DNA of 32,000 nucleotides from Vibrio vulnificus CMCP6. GTDB taxonomy: Bacteria; Pseudomonadota; Gammaproteobacteria; Enterobacterales; Vibrionaceae. The translations under genes were made by a program, and so were the position numbers. The stretch lies in assembly GCF_000039765.1 (NCBI RefSeq), contig NC_004459.3, forward strand, positions 2,421,127-2,453,126, in the 5' to 3' direction. Below are positions 19,457 through 26,936 of this stretch, piece after piece. The notes below the pieces were generated by a model that saw nothing but the letters and a program-made list of their open reading frames with translations, was not told the DNA's origin and made no database searches. The number at the start of each line of letters is the position of its first letter. Position 1 is the stretch's first letter.

Positions 19457-20110
19457 ATGATGAAAACTGATAAGGTTACGGTCCGGACATTTCAGAATCG
19501 ATACAATACTTACTTAAAACTTTTGCTGGCTCTTCGTAGTGATATGGGTTGGTTTTTTGATGATTCTCATAAAGCAAATATCCTAACAGTCCCATTTATT
19601 CTGACATTGGCAGCAGCACTAGAATGCTCCTTGAATGATCATTTAATTGAGCACTTTGATGATGAGTTTGGTGATAACTCGAAGCAGATGCTTCCGGGGC
19701 TAATGTCAATGAACTTTAAAGGAAAACTCATCAATATAGTGCCAATCTTGACGAAATATAAATTCAAGCTAAATGCCGAGCACAAAGTATATGCACTATT
19801 AGTCGAGTTAATTAAGCTACGTAATAGCCTTGTACATAATAAGAGCGACTATGACTCTCACGAATTCTCGCTACTGAAAGATGATGAAGGGAACGTGCAA
19901 GGGCTACAGTATGATGACTTAGAGTCCTTAATGGGGAAAGAGGTCGATTATACGTTTGGCATAAAAGCAGATGTTGGTGCTATTCATGACGCAGTAGAAA
20001 GGTTCCATGAGTTGTTTTTAGAACATTATCGAGAATCAGACTTCAGTGGTAACGAACTTGTTATTCCGTTAGAAGAGAACAATCGAATCAAAATCGTCGT
20101 AACAGATTAA
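19457..20110 (+). CDS. HEPN-motif protein (candidate RNase toxin / abortive-infection effector), cassette 3
   Basis: 217 aa, predicted all-helical. It contains ELIKLRNSLVHN, matching the HEPN R-x4-H (RNxxxH) signature. GAGGA SD upstream; an alternative ATG lies at 19460. Confidence 0.5.
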   Translation: MMKTDKVTVRTFQNRYNTYLKLLLALRSDMGWFFDDSHKANILTVPFILTLAAALECSLNDHLIEHFDDEFGDNSKQMLPGLMSMNFKGKLINIVPILTKYKFKLNAEHKVYALLVELIKLRNSLVHNKSDYDSHEFSLLKDDEGNVQGLQYDDLESLMGKEVDYTFGIKADVGAIHDAVERFHELFLEHYRESDFSGNELVIPLEENNRIKIVVTD

Positions 20111-20112
20111 CC

Positions 20113-20234
20113 TAACAAGGCGTTCAAGAGGGATTCATGCCGCGTGGCATTTTTGGCATGCGGTCAGTTTTGGTAGTGAAAGTGGCTTGCGGAAGGTTGG
20201 TTTATGCGGCACTCACCCCTTAACGCAGCGTTAT
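20113..20234 (+). repeat. attC 3 (122 bp)
   Basis: TAACAAGGCGTTCAAGAGGGATTCATGCCGCGTGGC ... CACCCCTTAACGCAGCGTTAT. Confidence 0.9.
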
Positions 20235-20362
20235 GCAAATACTCAAATCAGCTGATTTTCCAGTGCTTAGGTCTAGGCTATTGGCGAAAATAAATTGGCT
20301 AACTGCCTACAGCATTCTGGTAAACTGCGACCAAACTAAGCGGTATTATTAGGATCCAAGCG

Positions 20363-20584
20363 ATGAGCCAAGAGCAACCAAACAACCCTTTACATGGATT
20401 AACCTTAGAGAAAATCCTTGTTCGTTTACAAGAGCACTATGGTTGGGAAGGGTTAGACAGAGAAATTCAAATTAACTGTTTTTACAGCAATCCATCAATC
20501 AAATCTTCTCTTAAGTTTTTGTGTCGCACACAGTGGGCGAGAGACAAGGTTGAGGCTTTGTATATAGATACGTTTTGCCGTTAG
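20363..20584 (+). CDS. VF530/DUF2132-like small DNA-binding-fold protein, cassette 4
   Basis: 73 aa. NPLHGLTLEKILVRLQEHYGWEGL...NPSIKSSLKFLCRTQWARDKVEALY resembles the VF530 family as I remember it. Confidence 0.6.
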   Translation: MSQEQPNNPLHGLTLEKILVRLQEHYGWEGLDREIQINCFYSNPSIKSSLKFLCRTQWARDKVEALYIDTFCR

Positions 20585-20594
20585 AACATTTGCA

Positions 20595-20716
20595 TAACAA
20601 GGCGTTCAAGTGGGATTCATGCCGCGTGGCATTTTTGGTATGCAGTGAATTTTGGTGGTGAAAGTGGTTTGCAGAAAGTTGGTTTAGGCGGCATTCACCC
20701 CTTAACGCGGCGTTAG
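20595..20716 (+). repeat. attC 4 (122 bp)
   Basis: TAACAAGGCGTTCAAGTGGGATTCATGCCGCGTGGC ... CACCCCTTAACGCGGCGTTAG. Confidence 0.9.
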
Positions 20717-21203
20717 TTTGCAAGCGGAAAAACGCAGCCATATCTCAATATCTAGTGGTAAAAGCTCAAAGTTGAAGTTGTCGTATCGGCGTTCAATTTC
20801 AGTGTTAATTAGCGTGGTAAAAATCCAAAATTGGCATCGCATCAACGGTTGATTTGTTCTTTGGTGCGGCGACTTTGGGGTTAATTGAGTCGAACTTTTT
20901 TGCTGAAACTCTGCTCGTTGAGTTTGTTGGTACAAAAGCCGATTTATTCGCTGAAATGGCGTTTTCTCTGGTGTGGTAAGTTCACTTGGTTTCAGTGACT
21001 TTGTTGAAAGTCCGCATTATGAGGTTGGTTTTCCAAAAGCGCTTTTTGGTGTTGTGAGTTCGTTTTCTGCGTCGTTGTTTGTTCCACGTGGTTTCATTGA
21101 CTAGCCGCTTTTAGACTACGCCTGACTTAAGTGCGTCAAAGCACATAAAGTTTTGCTCGCAAAGTTTAAAATAACGTAAAATCAACCTTTTGGGTCTGCA
21201 AAC
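20717..21203 (+). other. ORF-less cassette, family A copy 2
   Basis: Co-linear with 18831-19319. The frames of track ORFs on either strand are not conserved between copies. Confidence 0.8.
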
Positions 21204-21324
21204 TAACAAACTGCTCAAGAGGGATTCACAACGCGTGGCATTTTTACTATGCGTTGATTTTAGTGATTAAGGTGGTATGCAGCGGCTTCGGTATTGCGTT
21301 GTTCACCCCTTAGCAGGGCGTTAA
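21204..21324 (+). repeat. attC 5 (121 bp)
   Basis: TAACAAACTGCTCAAGAGGGATTCACAACGCGTGGC ... CACCCCTTAGCAGGGCGTTAA. Confidence 0.9.
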
Positions 21325-21339
21325 ATGCACGAGGAAGTT

Positions 21340-21795
21340 ATGGATAAACCGTTTCAGAGAATAGGCTCAAAATCTAATGCTCATGTAGGTCGTGAGTTCG
21401 AATCTGCAGCATCAAAATTTTTTCTGAGCCAAGGCATAGAACTTGTTCCCAATCTGAAAGTTGAAGTCGGCATTTCAAACTTGAAGAAACAACATGCGTT
21501 CGATCTCGGTTGTATTGATCAAAAGATCATTGTCGAGTGTAAGGCTCATAAATGGACAACAGGTGGTAATGTTCCTAGTGCGAAATTGACTGTTTGGAAT
21601 GAAGCAATGTATTACTTTTATACAGCTCCAGTCGGTTTCAGAAAAATTATGTTTGTCCTTCGTGATTTCAGTACAAAGAGGAACGAGACTTTAGCTCAAT
21701 ATTATGTCCGTACTTATAAGCACTTAATCCCAAATGATGTCGAGCTTTGGGAGTACGATGAGAACACTGAAAGTGCATCGAAACTGTGCATTTAA
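21340..21795 (+). CDS. PD-(D/E)xK-motif protein (candidate restriction-endonuclease-fold nuclease), cassette 6
   Basis: The ordered motif E (GREFESAA) ... D (HAFDLG) ... ExK (IIVECKAHKW) is typical of the PD-(D/E)xK fold. ATG 21340 follows GAGGAA; an in-frame ATG at 21325 abuts the attC. Confidence 0.5.
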   Translation: MDKPFQRIGSKSNAHVGREFESAASKFFLSQGIELVPNLKVEVGISNLKKQHAFDLGCIDQKIIVECKAHKWTTGGNVPSAKLTVWNEAMYYFYTAPVGFRKIMFVLRDFSTKRNETLAQYYVRTYKHLIPNDVELWEYDENTESASKLCI

Positions 21796-21914
21796 CAAAG
21801 CGTTTAAGACGGATTCCCAACGCTTGGCATTTTCGGTTTGCTTTGAATTTAGTGATTACGGCACAATGGTTTAGGTAGGGTGGTAGCGTTGCTCACCACT
21901 TAACGCGGCGTTAT
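21793..21914 (+). repeat. attC 6 (122 bp)
   Basis: TAACAAAGCGTTTAAGACGGATTCCCAACGCTTGGC ... CACCACTTAACGCGGCGTTAT. The stop codon of the upstream ORF is the TAA of the R'' box. Confidence 0.9.
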
Positions 21915-21950
21915 GCGATTCATGAGTGCAGCGATAAGGATAAAAATATT

Positions 21951-22589
21951 ATGTATAAAGTCGGCATTGTTTTGTTTGATGATTTTACAGATGTAGACTT
22001 CTTTCTTATGTATGACTTGCTTGGTCGAACAACTGATAGTTGGACGGTTAGCGTGCTGGGAACTAAATCTGAACACACTTCCCACCTAGGTATGAAAGTC
22101 AAAACGGACGGACCTGTTTCAGAGGTGACGAATCAAGATGTCATTCTCATTACCAGTGGTAAACGTGGTATTCCAGCGGCAATAAACGATACTAAATTTA
22201 TGTCAGCGTTGAATCTTGACCCAAATAAACAGCTAATTGGTTCAATTTGTGCGGGGTCATTCATCCTTCATGAACTCGGTTTACTTAAAGGCAAGCCATT
22301 GACGACAAATCCAGATGCTAAGGCTGTTCTACAAAGCATGGGAGGGGACGTTCAGGACCAACCTCTTGTTGTAGAGGGAAACATAGCTACTGCCGGAGGC
22401 TGTCTTTCACTGATGTATCTAATAGGTTGGTTAGCCGAGCGGCTGTTTGACTCAAATAAACGAAAAAGCATTCAAAATCAGTTGATCCCAGCTGGACAGT
22501 TAGAGCTATTCGAAGAGCTTATTTCTACAACTATCCAATCAGCTGAGTTGGCAAGCTCGCATAACAAAGCGTTTAAGAGTGACTCGTAA
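21951..22589 (+). CDS. DJ-1/PfpI-family (class I glutamine-amidotransferase-like) protein, cassette 7
   Basis: 212 aa with the nucleophile-elbow context LIGSICAGSFIL and an N-terminal KVGIVLFDDFTDVD strand. The last 9 codons read into the attC. Confidence 0.7.
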   Translation: MYKVGIVLFDDFTDVDFFLMYDLLGRTTDSWTVSVLGTKSEHTSHLGMKVKTDGPVSEVTNQDVILITSGKRGIPAAINDTKFMSALNLDPNKQLIGSICAGSFILHELGLLKGKPLTTNPDAKAVLQSMGGDVQDQPLVVEGNIATAGGCLSLMYLIGWLAERLFDSNKRKSIQNQLIPAGQLELFEELISTTIQSAELASSHNKAFKSDS

Positions 22590-22682
22590 CGCGTGGCATT
22601 TATACTGTGCGTTAGTTTTAGTGTTTAAGGCGCAATGCAGAGGCTCCGGCATGGCGTTACTCACACCTTAACGCGGCGTTAT
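22562..22682 (+). repeat. attC 7 (121 bp)
   Basis: TAACAAAGCGTTTAAGAGTGACTCGTAACGCGTGGC ... CACACCTTAACGCGGCGTTAT. Confidence 0.9.
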
Positions 22683-23029
22683 GCTTAATCAATTAAAATC
22701 AGTGGGTTATGGTTTTTCTTTGTTCCCTCAGCTTTTTGGTTTTGTGCTCGTCGGCAAGTTGGCTTAAGTGGGCGCTATTTTCGGACAGTTATTCTTTGGC
22801 GCTGAAAATTCAGAGAATTGCCTCAATCAATTTTTAGGTAAGCGCGAGGTTAGGGTGGCAGGCTCAATCAGCAATTTAATCTTAGGTTTTTGAGTATTAG
22901 CGGCCAAATTTCAATGTCTGATTTTCAAAATCATGAGTCATTTCCGTTTTTAGGTTTTGGCTTTTGTTTGTGAATCAAAGTCGAGTTAATCTTGGTTTTA
23001 TCAAAACGTAAGCCATTGAAGCTTAAGCA
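22683..23029 (+). other. ORF-less cassette, family B copy 1
   Basis: About 350 bp, repeated at 23044-23376, 26451-26798 and 28939-29293. The ATG-initiated frame stops at different points in each copy. Confidence 0.8.
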
Positions 23030-23043
23030 TAACAAAGCGTTTA
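23030..23043 (+). repeat. attC remnant (first 14 nt only, TAACAAAGCGTTTA)
   Basis: An R''/L'' start identical to attC 16, joined directly to nt ~22 of a second family B copy. The rest of the attC is missing. Confidence 0.75.
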
Positions 23044-23376
23044 TCAGTGGTTTATGGTTTTTCTTTGTTCCCTCGGCTTTTCAGTTTTGTGTTTGTCGGC
23101 AAGTTGGTTTCAGTGGGCGCTGTTTTCTGGACACTTATTCTTTGGCGCTGGAAATTCAGAGAATTGCCTCAATCAGTTTTCGCGTAAGCGCGAGGTTAGG
23201 GCAGTTGGCTCAATCAGAAATTTGAACTTGGCTTTTTGAGTTTTAGTCGCCAAATTTCAAAGTCCGATTTTTAAAACTATGAGTCATTTCGGTTTTCTAC
23301 GTTTTGTCTTTTGTTTGTAAATCAAGGTCGAGTTAATCTTGGTTCTATTAAAACGTAACCCATTGAAGCTTAAGCA
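23044..23376 (+). other. ORF-less cassette, family B copy 2 (5'-truncated, fused to copy 1)
   Basis: Begins at TCAGTGGTTTATGG, which is internal in the other copies. Otherwise co-linear with them. Confidence 0.8.
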
Positions 23377-23498
23377 TAACAAGGCGTTCAAGTGGGATTC
23401 ATGCCGCGTGGCATTTTTGGTATGCGGTGGTTTTTGGTGGTGAAAGTGGTTTGCAGAAAGCTGGTTTAAGCGGCATTCACCCCTTAACGCAGCGTTAT
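23377..23498 (+). repeat. attC 8 (122 bp)
   Basis: TAACAAGGCGTTCAAGTGGGATTCATGCCGCGTGGC ... CACCCCTTAACGCAGCGTTAT. Confidence 0.9.
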
Positions 23499-23603
23499 GC
23501 GCTATTCAAATCTTTATTAACTTGGTCGAAAATACTCAAAGTATTCATGATTGTGCTCAGACCAAAAGTTACCATGTTCTTTTTATAAATTGGGGTACGA
23601 TGC

Positions 23604-23861
23604 ATGAGTATAGATCAACAAGAACGATGGGCTAAAAATAGGGAGAAAGGATTTGCTAGATACGTCGCTAGTAACACTATCTCGTTCCTACTGATCGTTT
23701 CCTTAGTTCGTGCAGTGTTTTACTTCGCTACTCAAGACAATGCTTCGATTGAAGGCTTTATCTCCGAGCAGTCCATGACCATAGTTTTTATAGCAATAGT
23801 TCTACCATTTGTATTTTGGTTTACTTGGTTGTACCAAGAGTCAAAATATAAAAAGGATTAG
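23604..23861 (+). CDS. Small two-TM membrane protein, cassette 9
   Basis: 85 aa with two hydrophobic helices (ISFLLIVSLVRAVFYF and IVFIAIVLPFVFWFTWL). The cassette has a 105-nt leader. Confidence 0.45.
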   Translation: MSIDQQERWAKNREKGFARYVASNTISFLLIVSLVRAVFYFATQDNASIEGFISEQSMTIVFIAIVLPFVFWFTWLYQESKYKKD

Positions 23862-23875
23862 TAAAGCTGCGCGCA

Positions 23876-23997
23876 TAACAAAGCGTTTAAGAGGGATTTG
23901 GCACGCGTGGCATTTTCAGTTTGCGTTGAGTTCGGTGGTTACGGCACTGTGCGGTAGCTTTTGTATTGCGTGCCTGCACCCCTTAACGCGGCGTTAT
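23876..23997 (+). repeat. attC 9 (122 bp)
   Basis: TAACAAAGCGTTTAAGAGGGATTTGGCACGCGTGGC ... TGCACCCCTTAACGCGGCGTTAT. Confidence 0.9.
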
Positions 23998-24022
23998 GTT
24001 ACTGCACTTTACGAGTAATTGA

Positions 24023-24310
24023 ATGAATAAAAAGTTGTTAGTTGGCGGTTGTTTACTCGGTGTAACCGCTCTATTTTTTGTCGGTAAACGAGGTGGTGAG
24101 GAGTTATCGCTCCCCATGTGTGATTCCGTCCCTAAAATTGATACGCCAGTGCATTTTTTCACAGATGACTCCATTAGTGAGGCACGAATTGAAGAGTTTA
24201 TTGACTATTCAAACCTTGTTCTAGAGAACTCTTGCATTCCAATTAGAAGGACCCTTTCAGGAATCACCAAACTTGATTTGACCAGTTTTAAAAAGTCAAG
24301 ACAGTGGTAA
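24023..24310 (+). CDS. N-terminal fragment (signal/anchor region) of a split metalloprotease, cassette 10
   Basis: 95 aa beginning MNKKLLVGGCLLGVTALFFVG (signal peptide or lipobox-like). It ends near an A/T homopolymer tract (24286-24295: TTTT then AAAAA). Confidence 0.4.
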   Translation: MNKKLLVGGCLLGVTALFFVGKRGGEELSLPMCDSVPKIDTPVHFFTDDSISEARIEEFIDYSNLVLENSCIPIRRTLSGITKLDLTSFKKSRQW

Positions 24311-24359
24311 GTTACATCAACAGTTACTCCTAAATGTTGGTAGCTCGGTTCTTGAGCCA

Positions 24360-24776
24360 ATGCAAAAAGTTGGAAGTTATTATGTTCTAGTTCTTCCTAA
24401 AGACTTTCCTTTTGCAAAAGACAGTGCAGGAACTGCTCATGTAAATTTTAGTCGCAGTTTTTTGGTTCTATCTTCTGATGCAGAACTTCATGTACTTGAG
24501 CATGAGTTGGGGCATCTGGCTTGGGCATGGCACGACAACACAGCAATACATTGGTTAAAAGGGCAGCTTCTAAAAGAGCATCACAAGCAAATTAAGCCAT
24601 ATGCATTTGGGGCATTGTGTCATGAAGCGGGGACGGTAATGACTTATGCAGAGAAGCAGTTGCCAGCCTATTCATCACCGGATATCAAATATTATGGACA
24701 GGCTTGTGGCAATGCCGAAACTGCTGATAATGCACGTCATATGCGAGAGTTTGCGCTATCACTAGTAGCTCCGTAA
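24360..24776 (+). CDS. HExxH zinc-metalloprotease domain fragment, cassette 10
   Basis: 138 aa with HVLEHELGHLAWAWHD (HExxH plus a downstream H/D). This frame is open back to 24282, so it overlaps the end of the upstream fragment. Confidence 0.5.
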   Translation: MQKVGSYYVLVLPKDFPFAKDSAGTAHVNFSRSFLVLSSDAELHVLEHELGHLAWAWHDNTAIHWLKGQLLKEHHKQIKPYAFGALCHEAGTVMTYAEKQLPAYSSPDIKYYGQACGNAETADNARHMREFALSLVAP

Positions 24777-24778
24777 CA

Positions 24779-24900
24779 TAACAAGGCGTTCAAGCGGGAT
24801 TCATGCCGCGTGGCATTTTTGGTATACGGTGAGTTTGGGTGATGAAAGTGGTCTGCGGGAAGTTGGTTTATGCGGCATTCACCCCTTAACGCAGCGTTAT
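24779..24900 (+). repeat. attC 10 (122 bp)
   Basis: TAACAAGGCGTTCAAGCGGGATTCATGCCGCGTGGC ... CACCCCTTAACGCAGCGTTAT. Confidence 0.9.
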
Positions 24901-24930
24901 GCGTCCTTAAAACTTGAGTAAGGTGTACAA

Positions 24931-25356
24931 GTGGAAAGTAGAGTTGTTAAAGCTTCAAAATTCTTAGGTTTGGGCATTGTGTTGTACCCGATCGCCTATT
25001 CGTCACTTAACTTTGTTCTACCCATTCTGATTGGCGTGCTAGGTAATGAAAATCACTTCCTGGTTACAGGTTTAGAGATCATCACCTGGTTTGTGCTCCC
25101 AATTTTTTCAGTGTTCTATTTACTAGCATTTCACCAATTAGCTGGGGCGCTTAGAAAATGGCAAAAATTCGTAGGGTATATGATGGTATCAACGGCAGTT
25201 ATTGCTGAAGTATTGTTACCCTTTATCGACAGAGGTTTAGTGAGTAGATCTATTTCGTTTTTGGCTCATATGGCTGAGCTTGTCATTTTGTCCGGTTGCT
25301 TGTTGGCAATTGGTAGTCAAATGAAGCAAAGTGTCGATGTTAGCTGCAACGCATAA
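24931..25356 (+). CDS. Four-TM membrane protein, cassette 11 (GTG start)
   Basis: 141 aa with four hydrophobic segments. The only start in frame is GTG 24931, preceded by AAGG. The stop lies in the TAAC of the attC. Confidence 0.45.
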   Translation: MESRVVKASKFLGLGIVLYPIAYSSLNFVLPILIGVLGNENHFLVTGLEIITWFVLPIFSVFYLLAFHQLAGALRKWQKFVGYMMVSTAVIAEVLLPFIDRGLVSRSISFLAHMAELVILSGCLLAIGSQMKQSVDVSCNA

Positions 25357-25475
25357 CAAAGCGTTTAAGAGGGACTTGGCACGCGTGGCATTTTTAATTT
25401 GCGGTAAGTTTAGTGATTAAGGTGTAATGCGGTCACTTTTGTATTGCGTGCCTGCGCCCCTTAACGCGGCGTTAG
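25354..25475 (+). repeat. attC 11 (122 bp)
   Basis: TAACAAAGCGTTTAAGAGGGACTTGGCACGCGTGGC ... TGCGCCCCTTAACGCGGCGTTAG. Confidence 0.9.
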
Positions 25476-25498
25476 AAGAATAAGGAACAATTCCAATT

Positions 25499-26323
25499 AT
25501 GAGTAATGAAAGTAGTAACGAGAGCAATATTGAAGGAACTATCAATGCCGTAACTGGATTAGCTAAAGCTATTCCAGTTTATGAAGACGCATTACAACCT
25601 GCTGCGAAGGAAATAGGAAAGGCCTTAGGCACAGTAGCAAAAACTGTCAATGTAGCATTGGCTCCTGTCTCTGCGTTAGTTTGGGGTTATGACAAAATTA
25701 AAGATTTTGTTGATACAAAAGTGTCCGAGAAGTTATCTAATGTAAAAGATGAAGACATCGTTTCTCCTCCGCCAAATGTAGCAGGCCCTGCGCTCGAATC
25801 ACTCAAGTACACAGGTAGCATAGAAGAATTGAAAGAGCTTTATGCTAACTTGATCGCTTCAAGTATGGATAAAAATACAACTCATAAAGCTCATCCATCT
25901 TTTGTAGAAATAATTAAGCAGTTGTCATCAGACGAGGCTAAATTGCTTGTTTACTTTGCTTCATCAGGTTCTGCTCCTATTGTAGACATAAAAAATAATC
26001 GTAAAGACAAATCGGGTGGTAGATATGAGTATAGGTATTTCACCAATATTGGTGAGAAACTTAAATTGGAGAATTTGGGATTAAACTCTTCGTATTGGAG
26101 TAATTTAATTCGTTTAGGGCTTGTTGATATCCCAGATAATTTTCAACTCATTGAAGAAGGTATCTACGACGATATTATTTCTCATACGGCGGTCAAAAGT
26201 ATAGTTAGTAATATCAACAAACAAGAGGGTAGAGTTGCCGAAATAATAAAAACGGCTGTTCTTGTAACCGATTTGGGTCGTCAATTTATTGATGTTTGTG
26301 TAGTAGATCATCGAACACAATAA
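25499..26323 (+). CDS. Abi-alpha / DUF4393-like protein (candidate abortive-infection protein), cassette 12
   Basis: 274 aa. The N-terminal helix LQPAAKEIGKALGTVAKTV, central ELYANLIASSM and IIKQLSSDEAKLL match my recollection of the Abi-alpha family signature. No search was run. Confidence 0.5.
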   Translation: MSNESSNESNIEGTINAVTGLAKAIPVYEDALQPAAKEIGKALGTVAKTVNVALAPVSALVWGYDKIKDFVDTKVSEKLSNVKDEDIVSPPPNVAGPALESLKYTGSIEELKELYANLIASSMDKNTTHKAHPSFVEIIKQLSSDEAKLLVYFASSGSAPIVDIKNNRKDKSGGRYEYRYFTNIGEKLKLENLGLNSSYWSNLIRLGLVDIPDNFQLIEEGIYDDIISHTAVKSIVSNINKQEGRVAEIIKTAVLVTDLGRQFIDVCVVDHRTQ

Positions 26324-26329
26324 TTCTTC

Positions 26330-26450
26330 TAACAAACTGTTCAAGAGTGATTCGCAACGCGTAGCATTTTTACTATGCGTTGCGTTTGGTGATTAAGGTG
26401 GTATGCGGCGGCATCGGTATTGCGTTGCTCACACCTTAACAGGGCGTTAT
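26330..26450 (+). repeat. attC 12 (121 bp)
   Basis: TAACAAACTGTTCAAGAGTGATTCGCAACGCGTAGC ... CACACCTTAACAGGGCGTTAT. Confidence 0.9.
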
Positions 26451-26798
26451 GCTTAATCACGTAAAATCAGTGGTTTATGGTTTTTCTTTGTTCCCTTGGC
26501 TGATTGGTTTTGTGCTTGTCGGCAAGTCGGTTTCATTGGGCGCTGCTTTTCGGACATTTATTCTTTGGCGCTGAAAATTCAGAGAGTTGCCTCAATCAAT
26601 TTTCAGGTAAGCGCGAGGTTAGGGTAGCTGGCTCAATCAGCAATTTGATCTTAGGTTTTGAGTTTTAGCAGCCGAATTTCAAAGCCCGATTTTCAAAACT
26701 ATGAGTCCTTTCGGTTTTCTACGTTTTGGCTTTTGTTTGTAAATCAAAGTCGAGTTAATCTTGGTTCTAGTAAAACGTAAGCCGTTGAAGCTTAAGCA
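26451..26798 (+). other. ORF-less cassette, family B copy 3
   Basis: Co-linear with 22683-23029 and 28939-29293. Confidence 0.8.
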
Positions 26799-26920
26799 TA
26801 ACAAGGCGTTCAAGAGGGATTCATGCCGCGTGGCATTTTTGGTATGCGGTGAGTTTTGGTGGTGAAAGTGGTCTGCGGAAGGTAGGTTTGAGCGGCATTC
26901 ACCCCTTAACGCAGCGTTAT
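26799..26920 (+). repeat. attC 13 (122 bp)
   Basis: TAACAAGGCGTTCAAGAGGGATTCATGCCGCGTGGC ... CACCCCTTAACGCAGCGTTAT. Confidence 0.9.
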
Positions 26921-26936
26921 ATTTTTCGAGGATCCA

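Noticed and set aside
22992-23239. ORFs 22992..23225, 23054..23239 and 28937..29161 inside family B cassettes
   Set aside because: The frame that starts at the attC-derived ATG ends after 24, 41 or 74 codons in different copies because of indels and stops. ORF 22992 runs across the attC remnant. Conservation is at nucleotide level, not protein level.
23809-24018. 69-aa + strand ORF, and similar ORFs (20511..20741 -, 28194..28409 -, 23983..24174 -) that run through attC sites
   Set aside because: They are composed largely of attC repeat sequence, so they are frame artefacts of a conserved non-coding repeat.
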